From Octopus bimaculoides (taxonomy: Eukaryota): DNA of 64,000 nt. The stretch is taken from assembly GCF_001194135.2 (NCBI RefSeq), contig NC_068998.1:14543621-14607620 (forward strand), written 5' to 3'. The position numbers and the translations under genes are program-made. The notes under the pieces were generated by a model. That model was not told the origin of the DNA and did not search any database. It was given only the letters and a program-made list of their open reading frames with translations. Of the stretch, positions 1-11,332 are shown one piece after another (position 1 is the first letter of the stretch; the number at the start of each line of letters is the position of its first letter).

Positions 1-30
1 CGGAGGTATGGCAAGGAGACGAATTGGGAA

Positions 31-263
31 GGCGGCGAGCTGGCAGAAACGTTAGCACGTCGGGCGAAACGCTTTGCAGTATTTCGTCTGCCGTTACGTT
101 CTGAGTTCAAATTCCGCCGAGGTTGACTTTGCCGTTCATCCTTTCGGGGTCGATAAATAAAGTACCTGTTATGCACTGGGGTCGATATAATCGACTTAAT
201 CCCTTTGTCTGTCCTTGTTTGTCCCCTCTATGTTTAGCCCCTTGTGGGCAATAAAGAAATAAG
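31..263 (+). mobile_element. tRNA-derived SINE, family A (long-tail subfamily)
   Basis: Head GGCGGCGAGCTGGCAGAAACG (A-box-like), B-box GAGTTCAAATTCC, central GCCGTTCATCCTTTCGGGGTCGATAAATAAAGTACC; near-identical to 63061-63295 including the tail ending AATAAAGAAATA. The central block resembles the Meta/MESC SINE domain (from memory, not searched). Confidence 0.9.
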
Positions 264-268
264 GAGAC

Positions 269-690
269 GAATTGTGCTGTAACACATGATCTTCCAGCAG
301 CAACCGACTCCAGCCAGGATTCAACTACATTTTCCAGCAGTTTAACATAGGCATCTGATTGATCCTAAGTCCTTATTCAAAGATGCGGGGTGGTATTACG
401 CCACCCTTAGTGGAGACACACTCAAAGACCATCATAGTTGGGGCTTTGTTATGGATCTTATATAAGTATGAAGTTGTATACCTCAATTTGCCGTTTATAT
501 ATACGAATAGCAAGAAGAAATCTTGCGAAACGGTTTATTTTAACGAAATATCTCTTGAAATCACCTGAGGAGATACATCTACACCAACGGATACACCTAA
601 ACCAGATGTTTAATGTCCCACCTGCGGGAGATCGATGCTAGATTGGTCGAAACAATTGTAGTGATCAATAATGATCCTCGTATCTTCCAT
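269..690 (+). mobile_element. Penelope-like element 3' end (GIY-YIG tail plus pLTR)
   Basis: Degenerate translation RRIVL*HMIFQ...RLQPGFN resembles the L.P.GLN end of PLE GIY-YIG domains; followed by a hammerhead motif and AATAA. Confidence 0.6.
560..665 (+). ncRNA. minimal type-I hammerhead ribozyme motif
   Basis: ATCAC-CTGAGGA-[long stem II, GAT..GTC closure, ACATCT/AGATGT inside]-GAAAC-AATT-GTA-GTGAT: stem I ATCAC/GTGAT, palindromic stem III ACAATTGT, GUA triplet with predicted cut after 660. Confidence 0.8.
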
Positions 691-859
691 TTCTCACATT
701 AATCAAATACCCAACGAACATTAAGCCAGTGAACGTACTTTGCCGGCAAATGGTGTATACCATAGGATTTTTTAACTATACATATACGCATATGTGTGTG
801 TTTATGTATAATTATGGATGTGTATATTATGTATGTATGCATGTGCTTGATTGCAATTG

Positions 860-1040
860 TCGCCATTACCATTTGACAACTGGCGTTTCTGTCTTTACAT
901 CCCGGTAACATAGAAGTGAGGCAAAAGAAACCGATAAAATAAGAGACTTAGAAATAAAATAAAAAGAAGGAATATTTTCAAGGCGGAGGGTGCCTCAGCA
1001 TGACCGTAGTCCAATGCCCGGAGCATGTAAATGAAGACGA
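860..1040 (+). mobile_element. SINE family B 3' module, degenerate
   Basis: GGCAAAAGAAACCGATAAAATAAG...GTGCCTCAGCATGACCGTAGTCCAATG matches the tails at 12430-12640 and 46580-46760. Confidence 0.55.
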
Positions 1041-1384
1041 AGCAAATTGCTGTTTAATCCTATAAGAGCATGTTACTTCGGCTATGAAGTTTCATGTTAT
1101 TTATTACTCATGAAAACCTATGCGATCTAATGACGCTTTTTAATCTTCAGAAATCTTAGTAGTTGATTATATCGTAGCTTGTCTTTAGTCTAAAATACAT
1201 TAAATATTTGAAATACATATGTTCTTTTTGTAAGCTCTAATCTATGGCATGCAGCTTTCTTGAAATTTTGGTATCTATAATTAGGTGAACAGAGTTGCAT
1301 AAAGTAACGTGTCGAAACTAAGCGTACGAGAAAATTGCAGTAATGGATTTGAGCTCACAATTGAAGCACCTTTTCTTTTCTACT

Positions 1385-1592
1385 CTAAGCACACGGCCCG
1401 AAATTTTGGAGGAGGGGGGGGGCAGTCGATTAGATCTACCCCAGTACGCAACTGGTATTTAATTTATCGACCCCCGATAGGACGAAAGGCAAAGTTGACC
1501 TCGGCGGAATTTGAACTCAGAATGTAAAGACAGACGAAATACCGCTTAGCATTTCGTCCGGCGTGCAAACGTTTCTGTCAGATCGCCGCCTT
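1385..1592 (-). mobile_element. SINE family A
   Basis: Reverse complement of the 31-263 head and core (GAATTTGAACTCAGAA, GGCAAAGTTGACCTCGGCGG). Confidence 0.88.
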
Positions 1593-1597
1593 AAAGT

Positions 1598-1986
1598 ATC
1601 TTTTACTTTTTATATTTTACTTGTTTCAGTCATTTAACTGTGGCCATGCTGGGGCACTGTCTTGAAGAGTTTTAGTTGAACAAATCCATCTTAAAGCCTG
1701 GTACTTATTCTATCGGTCACTTTTGCGAACCGCTAAGTTATGGGTACAAGATATGTCAACACACCGGTTGTCAAGTGGGAGGGAGGGGCAAACATGGACA
1801 CAAAGAAACACACACACACATATATACGACGTGTTTCTTTCAGTTTCTGTCGACTAAATCCATTCACAAGGCTTTGGTCGGCTCGAAGATATTATATATG
1901 ACACTTGCCCAAGATGCCTCGCAGTGGTCCCTAACCCGACACCATGTGGTTGGGCAGATAGTTTCTTACCACACAACCACGCCTGG
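1598..1986 (-). mobile_element. composite SINE family B
   Basis: Reverse complement of 46353-46762: tRNA-like head, CTTGGGCAAGTGTC core, internal CA/TA repeat, tail ending AATGACTGAAACAAGTAAAA. Confidence 0.85.
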
Positions 1987-2289
1987 AAATTATGATAGAT
2001 TATCCTTCTGAGTATTTTCATTCCCGTCAACCTTGCCAGTTGTGATTCAAGCATTTCTTTAACCAGAACATAATTCATTTTTATCACGCTATTCTGGTTT
2101 CCATAATAAATTTAACCCGGGAAGACAAGTATCAAGTGTCGTATTTTTATAGCACAAGACGCCACTGAAACGAAAGGCATGTTAAAGAACATTTCTTTTA
2201 ATGCTGAAAGCAAGTTACGTTAGTTGCAACTCATGTCTAAATTAAGGACACACATTATGTGCATACGATAGTGTTTATTAGATAGAACG

Positions 2290-2480
2290 TTTATGTTTTG
2301 CCAGGAAAATCTATTATACGTCGCTGAGTATTGCAATGGATATGGAAAATGCTCGACCGCTTGTAAATAAAATTGGTTATATAATTTTGTTCCCGGAAGA
2401 ATTGCTTCTATCTTTGGCTTATTCAGAGAAAAAGATTTCTCAAATATATATATTCTTCAAATATATTTCAACTGAATATG
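2290..2480 (-). other. copy 1 of a diverged local duplication with an exon-like 3' splice site
   Basis: Aligns almost without gaps to 9245-9425; both read TTCAG|TTGAAATATATTT on the minus strand. Confidence 0.6.
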
Positions 2481-2612
2481 CATGCATACATACATATTTC
2501 TTGTCATACATCTATGAATAAACAAACAAAAGAAAAAATAAATAAATACATAAACACACACATACACACAAACACACACACATATATGACAAGAAATTCT
2601 TTTATGCTTTTC

Positions 2613-2648
<36 letters not shown>

Positions 2649-2699
2649 GTATGTATAAGTGTGAGTATATATATATATATATATATTTATATTTAAATG

Positions 2700-2740
<41 letters not shown>

Positions 2741-2761
2741 CATAATAATAATAATAATAAC

Positions 2762-2808
<47 letters not shown>
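2700..2808. repeat. (AAC)n(AAT)n compound microsatellite
   Basis: Direct reading; abuts the 5' end of the LINE at 2809. Confidence 0.97.
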
Positions 2809-2809
<1 letters not shown>

Positions 2810-3850
2810 TCGGTAAAGGCCTTATACATCTAGGAAACTATTATAAATTAACTACCATAGGACTACAAAAATACCTAGTTCAGAAGCAAAGAAAACTAAT
2901 GCAAATAAACACGAACAAAACAAAAAAAACTGTTTTCAGTATTTAAGGAAGCTGACAAATACAAAAAAAAGTCATAGTACCAAGCAACTGTGAAGAAAAA
3001 GAAGAAACAACAAAAACTGTAAAACAACTGAAATCCAAAGTAAAACTGGAACAGCAATGGATGATGATAAAACGATGGCAAGAAAAGCCCCTTCATGGCA
3101 AATACGGGGTTAAACTAAATACAAAAGAAATAGATAAAGCAAAATCCCAACAGCGGCTGAGAAGCTCAGGACTGAAAGCAGAGACTCAAGGATTTTTACT
3201 TGCAGCACAAGACAAAATCCTCCACATCAGAAATTCCCAAAAACTTATAATGAAAAGAAGCACAAGTAACCTTAGAATATATGGTGATGGACAAGAGACA
3301 ATAAACCACATTGTCTCTGGCTGCCCAGTCCTGGCTAAGAAGGAATATATTCACAGACACAACAGAGTTGGGATCTAGATACACTGGAAACTTCGAGAAA
3401 AAAGATGGTATAGTCAAACGCCAAAAAAAGTCACAGAAAATGAGACAGCAACCATACTATGGGATATGCCAATACACGTAGATAGAGAATTTAAGGCTAG
3501 AAGGCCGGATAGAGTTGCCAGAGAAACTTTCAAATGGAGAAGCTTTCAAAATACAATGACCTGGAAATAGAGGTAACTGGTATGTGGAGTCTAAATGAGA
3601 AAAATCCTTATCATAGCAGGCGCATCAGGTATGATTAAAAAATATTCATATAAACACATAACAGAAACACCAGGACTAACAAGTATATATAATATACAGA
3701 AAATAGCACTACTAGGCACCGCACACATCCCACATAAAACACTTTCAGCACAGTGAAAATAAGAGCATCAGAAGAAATTACAGCACATACACAAGGTACA
3801 CAGGGCTGCACTCGGTAGTCCAGTGAAAGTGCGTGATAAAAATAAGACTA
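2809..3850 (+). mobile_element. 5'-truncated R4/Dong-like RLE non-LTR retrotransposon (pseudogenised)
   Basis: KRWQEKPLHGKYG...LKAETQGFLLAAQD...ETINHIVSGCPVLAKKEYIHRHNRVG (linker plus zinc knuckle), ILWDMPIHVDRE..RPD (RLE), LLGTAHI end and short 3' UTR; many stops and frameshifts. Confidence 0.9.
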
Positions 3851-3852
3851 TT

Positions 3853-4580
3853 GACGCTGGAGGTGTACTACTAACGCTGAAGATGTACTACTGTGTCAGT
3901 TGTCCACTACCAGTGAACTAAGGTAACACCTCTTATTTTTCGAGCATCTTCCGGAGTATTCGAGCAGTTCCAAGCAGAGCTGTTTTTTGCAAGTGCTCCA
4001 GCCTTATTGCAGCCCCTATTTGTTCCACGTACTTCTCGAGATTTTTGCTCACTCTTCCCAGGGCTCCGACAATTATTGGTACTACTGCTACCTTTTTCAC
4101 CGACCACAACTGCTTAACTTCCCAAGCTAACCTGTTATATCTCTCGACTTTTCTTCCTTATCGCATACGTTATTGTCAGCTGGGCATGCTATGTCTATGA
4201 TCCAGCATAGTGTGTTTTCTTTCTCAATTTAGACTATGTCAGGCTTCCTATTCTTAATCTCAAGGTCGCACTGAATCATAAAATCCCATAATATCTTTGC
4301 ATTTCTATTTTCGACGATGCCTTCAGGTTTGTGATCGTACCAATCTTTTGCTCTGTCAAGCCCATTCTTGCTGCAAAGTATCTAATGTAACACTGTCACC
4401 ATCATTGGCTTCAGTTTCATTACCACCGTTATTCACAATATTTTGTTTATTCATTGTCACTCATATGAGGTAGCAATTATCAGGTTGCGCAATTACCAGT
4501 GATTTTATTGTGACACCATCACTAGATGTAACATTAATCAGCTCATAAGTAGGAGTAGGAGGCTCCACCCGTTTCCTTTC
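3853..4580 (-). mobile_element. short internally deleted R4/Dong-like element (5' end fused to RLE and 3' end)
   Basis: 4386-4580 matches the family 5' end at 32869-33045; 3890-4385 encodes ILCSK..WYDHKPEGIVEN..KILWDF..RKPDIV..IDIACPAD..VGALG..LQKTALLGTARILRK. Confidence 0.85.
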
Positions 4581-5207
4581 ATTATTATTATTATCATCAC
4601 TGATATCACTGATATTATTGTTTTTATGTGTAGTAGCAGCAGTGGATGCAGCAACAGCAACAATAGCGTGAGTGGGGTAGTGGTAAGGGTGGTAGTTGGG
4701 CCTCAGATACCTGTGCTATCATAATAGTAGTAGTTGTAGTGTTAATGTAGTGTTAGTAGTATTTAGTATTAGCAGCTGCAGCATATTATTATTATCTCTA
4801 TATTTTTCATTATCACCACCACCGCTACTACCATTGTAGTGGAATGGTTGGGCAGCATATTGGTGAATAGAACATATTCTACAGGTCTATAAATAGATTC
4901 GGCAGATGGTGGAGAGGTCAACCATAGAGACAGAAAGACCTTCGCACCTCTTCGGGTCAGCAGAGGTCAAATGTGTTTACTACTACCAGTGGCCGCTGAC
5001 GGCGCTGCCTTGAAAGGAAGCAATTGAACCTGTTCTAGTCCATCGTTCTTTGGTTGGTTTTGTTATGGTTTCGTTTTCACAGTATTTACTTTTTGACAGA
5101 AGAACGCTCATTGACATGTGTTGATGTTTCTTTCGTATTCATAATTATTATTGAAGAGTAAGCGAGAAACCGAGAAGAGACAGCAATATATATATATATA
5201 TTTATAT

Positions 5208-5858
5208 NNNNNNNNNNNNNNNNNNNNNNNNNNNNNNNNNNNNNNNNNNNNNNNNNNNNNNNNNNNNNNNNNNNNNNNNNNNNNNNNNNNNNNNNNNNNN
5301 NNNNNNNNNNNNNNNNNNNNNNNNNNNNNNNNNNNNNNNNNNNNNNNNNNNNNNNNNNNNNNNNNNNNNNNNNNNNNNNNNNNNNNNNNNNNNNNNNNNN
5401 NNNNNNNNNNNNNNNNNNNNNNNNNNNNNNNNNNNNNNNNNNNNNNNNNNNNNNNNNNNNNNNNNNNNNNNNNNNNNNNNNNNNNNNNNNNNNNNNNNNN
5501 NNNNNNNNNNNNNNNNNNNNNNNNNNNNNNNNNNNNNNNNNNNNNNNNNNNNNNNNNNNNNNNNNNNNNNNNNNNNNNNNNNNNNNNNNNNNNNNNNNNN
5601 NNNNNNNNNNNNNNNNNNNNNNNNNNNNNNNNNNNNNNNNNNNNNNNNNNNNNNNNNNNNNNNNNNNNNNNNNNNNNNNNNNNNNNNNNNNNNNNNNNNN
5701 NNNNNNNNNNNNNNNNNNNNNNNNNNNNNNNNNNNNNNNNNNNNNNNNNNNNNNNNNNNNNNNNNNNNNNNNNNNNNNNNNNNNNNNNNNNNNNNNNNNN
5801 NNNNNNNNNNNNNNNNNNNNNNNNNNNNNNNNNNNNNNNNNNNNNNNNNNNNNNNNNN
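5208..5858. other. assembly gap; others at 6643-7345, 16229-17117, 18698-18879, 26906-27105, 28780-29281, 30042-30148, 36456-36465, 41748-41978, 43957-43966, 51225-51287, 54614-54623, 59713-60603, 61447-61803
   Basis: Runs of N, most flanked by TA/CA microsatellites. Confidence 0.99.
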
Positions 5859-6209
5859 GAGAGAGAAAGAGGTCTTGTATGAATACGGATGTATATGTAA
5901 TTAAAATGTTAAATCCAATATTTTACTCACAGATTTTCAGTTTTCGTATAGAAATATTGCAATCCATGTGTTTACATTTTCACACCCGTGATGTTGTGGC
6001 GGCGTATCTGACGGAAGTTTTTATATATATATATATATATATATACTCCAGTTTCCTGAGATGGCTTACATTATAACAGTTTCTTTTCATTGTTCTTCTG
6101 GATACTTAATTCCTCGTTCGTGATGGTTTCAGATTTGATCTAATCTTCTCGGTAGCTCGCTGTCACACGTCCATCCTGCTTGCTATTCGCTGCGGTATCC
6201 TCATCCTCA

Positions 6210-6212
<3 letters not shown>

Positions 6213-6271
<59 letters not shown>
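6213..6271. repeat. (ATT)n microsatellite
   Basis: Direct reading. Confidence 0.95.
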
Positions 6272-6409
6272 GTTATGAGTATTATTTAATTTATTACGCT
6301 CAATTATTCCTATCTGTAAGAACCAAACAATTGTGCCTGTGCGTCTGCGTCTCTATACATACATACATATATATTCTTTTCTTTTATTTTTCTTTTCTTT
6401 TCTTTTCTT

Positions 6410-6642
6410 TTTTATTCTTCTATTGGTTTCAGTCATGTGTCAGTGGCCATGCTGGAGCACCGCCTTTAGTCGAACAAATCGATCCCAGGACTTATTTTTT
6501 ACAATTCTTGTACTTATTCTCCCAGTCTCTTTTGCTGAACCGGAGACGTAAACACACCACCATCGGTTGGGTTGTCAAGCGATGGTTGGGGGACAAACAC
6601 AAACACACAAACATATATATATATATATATATATTTATATAT
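6410..6642 (-). mobile_element. SINE family B 3' half (5' half lost in gap)
   Basis: GTCAAGCGATGGTTGGGGGACAAAC and GGCCATGCTGGAGCACCGCC match the family B tail; the gap starts inside its internal TA repeat. Confidence 0.85.
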
Positions 6643-7345
6643 NNNNNNNNNNNNNNNNNNNNNNNNNNNNNNNNNNNNNNNNNNNNNNNNNNNNNNNNNN
6701 NNNNNNNNNNNNNNNNNNNNNNNNNNNNNNNNNNNNNNNNNNNNNNNNNNNNNNNNNNNNNNNNNNNNNNNNNNNNNNNNNNNNNNNNNNNNNNNNNNNN
6801 NNNNNNNNNNNNNNNNNNNNNNNNNNNNNNNNNNNNNNNNNNNNNNNNNNNNNNNNNNNNNNNNNNNNNNNNNNNNNNNNNNNNNNNNNNNNNNNNNNNN
6901 NNNNNNNNNNNNNNNNNNNNNNNNNNNNNNNNNNNNNNNNNNNNNNNNNNNNNNNNNNNNNNNNNNNNNNNNNNNNNNNNNNNNNNNNNNNNNNNNNNNN
7001 NNNNNNNNNNNNNNNNNNNNNNNNNNNNNNNNNNNNNNNNNNNNNNNNNNNNNNNNNNNNNNNNNNNNNNNNNNNNNNNNNNNNNNNNNNNNNNNNNNNN
7101 NNNNNNNNNNNNNNNNNNNNNNNNNNNNNNNNNNNNNNNNNNNNNNNNNNNNNNNNNNNNNNNNNNNNNNNNNNNNNNNNNNNNNNNNNNNNNNNNNNNN
7201 NNNNNNNNNNNNNNNNNNNNNNNNNNNNNNNNNNNNNNNNNNNNNNNNNNNNNNNNNNNNNNNNNNNNNNNNNNNNNNNNNNNNNNNNNNNNNNNNNNNN
7301 NNNNNNNNNNNNNNNNNNNNNNNNNNNNNNNNNNNNNNNNNNNNN

Positions 7346-7385
<40 letters not shown>

Positions 7386-8004
7386 AAAGTGAGTAAGACA
7401 GCGAAATAATTCCAGCATGTGTAAGATAGGTGCTGCATTATCTTGGAACAGTTTGATAGATAACTAACAGTAAATCTAACATGCAAGGGGGGAAATGTTA
7501 TTTTGACATTTATTTTTACTGTATGCATAGGTAATAGAGTTGGTTCATTTTTATCAACGCATATTGGTATATATAACTTACGTTGTCTTGTCACTCCTGT
7601 TATTTATTTGAGATACAGAGAAAAGGCCTTTTGTAACCTTGTATGTTTGTTTTGGTTTTTCCAGTTGGTTGCATGTTTCCATTCGTAAGATTATTGTTTA
7701 AAGGACGATTGAAGGACAATTTGACTTTCGGAGATGTACAAAATAGCTGTAAAAAAAAAAACAAAAGTAGAAACATACATCTGTGATAATATGCGTTTGG
7801 AGATTCCGTGATACGCAATCTGTTTTATTATGCATTACACGACCAGGATTCCTCGAGGTACGTAAGGATTGCACCGATCTATCAATGATGATATGAGATA
7901 AGTATGTAGTAATTGGAATACAGTGGTATTGATTTTCCTAAGCATCTATGTTACAGAAACATATTATCTGATCAAATAAATGTGCGCCTCCATACATACA
8001 TACA

Positions 8005-8066
<62 letters not shown>

Positions 8067-8366
8067 GACACACAGACACACACACATATATATATATGCA
8101 TGCATACAAATATACACATGCATATACATATGCATACACTCACACACACATTTAAATATATACACACACGTGCATATATAATTATGTATGTACGTTCACA
8201 TTCGTATTTATTTATACACAGACATTTTTAATTTGTATAATTCACACATATATATGCATGTATATAATCCATGTACCATATACGTAATATATAAGCATAA
8301 ATCTATACATGTATGTATGTATGTATATAATATACATACATATATATATATATGTGTGTTTATATT

Positions 8367-8432
<66 letters not shown>

Positions 8433-9151
8433 CATATATAAAGAGAGAGAGAGATAGAGAAACTTTTCGAAACGAACATGCGTAACTTCAAGTACGTTCA
8501 CTTATATACACATGCATGCGTACATATTACGCACAGAGACACACACTCACAGAAACTCGTATGCACACACTCTTACATACACACTCCATCACGCACACAC
8601 ACACACACACACATACACACACACACACACACACAAACACAAACAATTAGTTTCTTGGTTTTATGTATTTGTGTAATTTATTAAAATCAATGATTCTAGT
8701 CCGTGTTTTTTTTGTGTTTAATACATACAGATTTGTTTGTGTGTGTGATTACTTTTATATGTCTCTCTGTGTCTGTGTCTGTCTGTTTGTCAGTCTGCCT
8801 GCGTGTATGTATGTATCTAAAATGAGTTACAGAAGAACAAAAAATAGTCAATTGTTGACAACGTATCGTGTCAAATAATTATCTTGAAAAAAATTCCACC
8901 TGTTCTAAAAATATTCTAAAATGTGTCCATACATTGTATGTTATGCAGTTACTTGTGTTGCATTATAAGTTAAAAATTGGTAAGAAGTACTAGTCATAAT
9001 GTATAGAATCTTTAGGGATGAGCTAGTTTTTCTGAAATATTGAAAGGGTAGCATTCAGAATCAATATGGAAATGATTATGGAAAATATTATTTGTTTTGG
9101 TATTTAAGTATTATACGGTGTGTGTGCCTAAGTATAAATGTGTGCATGTGT

Positions 9152-9156
<5 letters not shown>

Positions 9157-9244
<88 letters not shown>
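9157..9244. repeat. (TG)n microsatellite
   Basis: Direct reading. Confidence 0.97.
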
Positions 9245-9248
<4 letters not shown>

Positions 9249-9460
9249 GCAACAAAAATTTATTATACGTTAAGTATTGCATTGGAAATTGAGAATGCTC
9301 GACTGCTTGTAAACCAAACTTGTTATTTACTGTTGTTCCCTGAAGTGTTGCTTGCGTCCTTGACTCATTTAGAGGAAAAGCTTTCTCAAATATATATTCT
9401 TGAAATATATTTCAACTGAATATATGTGTAAATAAGAAGACAAAGAAGAACTTTAATACA
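9245..9460 (-). other. copy 2 of the 2290-2480 duplication, exon-like (9269-9415)
   Basis: Strong minus-strand acceptor GTTCTTCTTTGTCTTCTTATTTACACATATATTCAG|TTGAAA; weak donor AC|GTATAA conserved in both copies. Confidence 0.55.
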
Positions 9461-10614
9461 CCTTTAACGATCAGCTACAATTGTTTCTGTACCAACTCTT
9501 CTTTCAAAGCTAGTTCACGAAACAGGTTCCAAGTGAAAATTTACGTAATACATGTAGTTCTAAATATTAGAGTAGCACTTTCTCAGATATGCATGAAATA
9601 TGCACCCTTACATTTATCTTGCATATATCGGGAGGGAACAAAAAATAACTGGGGATTAAAATATAAAAAATCTGTGAAGAGATGGACAAGGCAAGTAAAG
9701 TATATAAATAAGCCATAGAAAATAATAATTAACCACAATTCATATTAAAAGATTTGTGATGAAAGACATCTATTATTATCAAATGCGACCTCTTGTTTTC
9801 TTATTTTTAAAGAAAGATTACTTCAATTTGAGAAAAATTTTACTGATGATTGCAGCAGGTCAAGTTACCACACCTATTTTTCGATTCCAAACTCAAACTT
9901 TTCAGCACTGCAGCATCAAAGACGATAATTGAACGCTAATCAATGCACAAGTTTCCTGGAAAACAAGAAGTAACCGCAAGCAGTTAATATCCTGGTTCAG
10001 AACCGTGACATATTACAAAAAAAAGAAAAAAGGACAAATTTAGTTGCAAATATTTTATTTACACTACTTTCTTTGAATATCTTGCCATTGATATGATAAG
10101 CAGAAATGTTAACACCATCTTTTTGCTATCTTCTTCCACTGACCAGATGAGAAAAGCTCGACACATTTAAATCTATAGTCCACGCTAAAAGTTAACTATA
10201 CTGAATTTGCACATCGAACTCTAACACCGGGTAATTGCTGATGTAATAACAATCACCAGTTACCTTGGATTAAGTAGTTCGATCTTTCTTTTCGTGAGTT
10301 TTCGAGATTCAAGTACCTGATATCGAAATTACGATCGATGTTCTGTTGATCTTCTATTTTCTCTCATTTACTCTCTTCTTTCATTTGACAATCCGTCCAT
10401 CAATGCATCCATCTACATGCCTACCGACCCTATATATACCTATCTGTTTAACAGTATCTCTATCTGTCTATGTTCCTGTCTTACCTACCTACCTACCTAC
10501 CTACTTACCTACCTACCTACGTATCAATCTATCTACCTATTCACCTAGCCGCATAACTACCTATTTACCGCTCCCCCTCTCTCTCTTCCCCTCTCTCTCT
10601 TCCCCTCTTCTTAT

Positions 10615-10672
10615 GTATGTATGTATGTATGTATGTATGTATGTATCTATCTATCTATCTATCTATCTATCT
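10615..10672. repeat. (TATG)n(TATC)n tetranucleotide repeats
   Basis: Direct reading. Confidence 0.9.
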
Positions 10673-11296
10673 ACCTTATTGCTATGCTTTGTCTCAAACG
10701 ATCGTTCACTGTGTCTACCGCAATCTCAGTAGAGCGCTGCATTTCTGCATTTCTCTTAACTTCATTTGACATCATCTCAGCCTCTCTATTCCTCTGCTTT
10801 GTCTATTTCTGTACACATCCCTCCGGTATTGCTATGTTTCTCTTTCACCTCCTTCCCTCTCTTCATTTCTTTTCTACATTTCTGTTTTCCAAATCGAAGC
10901 GAAACAGATCAAATTTTGTTCCGCAAAAGACTTTCCTATTGTAATTTTTCAAGTAAGATTATTTACACAACTTGACAGTAAGAATCTCTCCTGCATCACG
11001 CGGCCTGCTCAAGATAGCAGTGAAATCTTCATATGATTCGCAGTTCACCGACGCACACTACAGCAAATATATTGGATGATGAAGTCCTAGATACAGCCAG
11101 GCTTAACAATAAGCAAAACAAAAACAGCAAATATAATAAGACTCAGGTTAACACATTTGCAGCATCTTTGATCATAAGTCTGTTCGATCAGAGCTGACCT
11201 CCAGCGAAATAACACTAATAAAACTAATATACACAAGAACACACGCACACGCATTCTCTCTCTCTCTCTCGCTCCCTTTCTCTCTCTCTCTCGCTC

Positions 11297-11332
<36 letters not shown>

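Noticed and set aside
31-120. tRNA genes at SINE heads
   Set aside because: A/B boxes present but no cloverleaf; they are SINE promoters, not tRNAs.
5931-6007. Minus exon-like segment with GTGAGT donor
   Set aside because: All three frames contain stops (best frame has TGA two codons before the donor); no other support.
5151-7594. Long ORFs in the track spanning N runs (also 16020-17228, 28578-29426, 59510-60664 and others)
   Set aside because: Made of X residues and TA/CA repeats; artefacts of gaps.
7913-9419. YIYI/HTHT/CVCV and poly-N/S/L/Y ORFs throughout the window
   Set aside because: Translations of microsatellites.
10090-10190. CVELFSSGQW C-type-lectin-like and MVLTFLLIISMA signal-like snippets on the minus strand
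   Set aside because: Short, stop-bounded, lacking the WND/FIC motifs and good splice sites.
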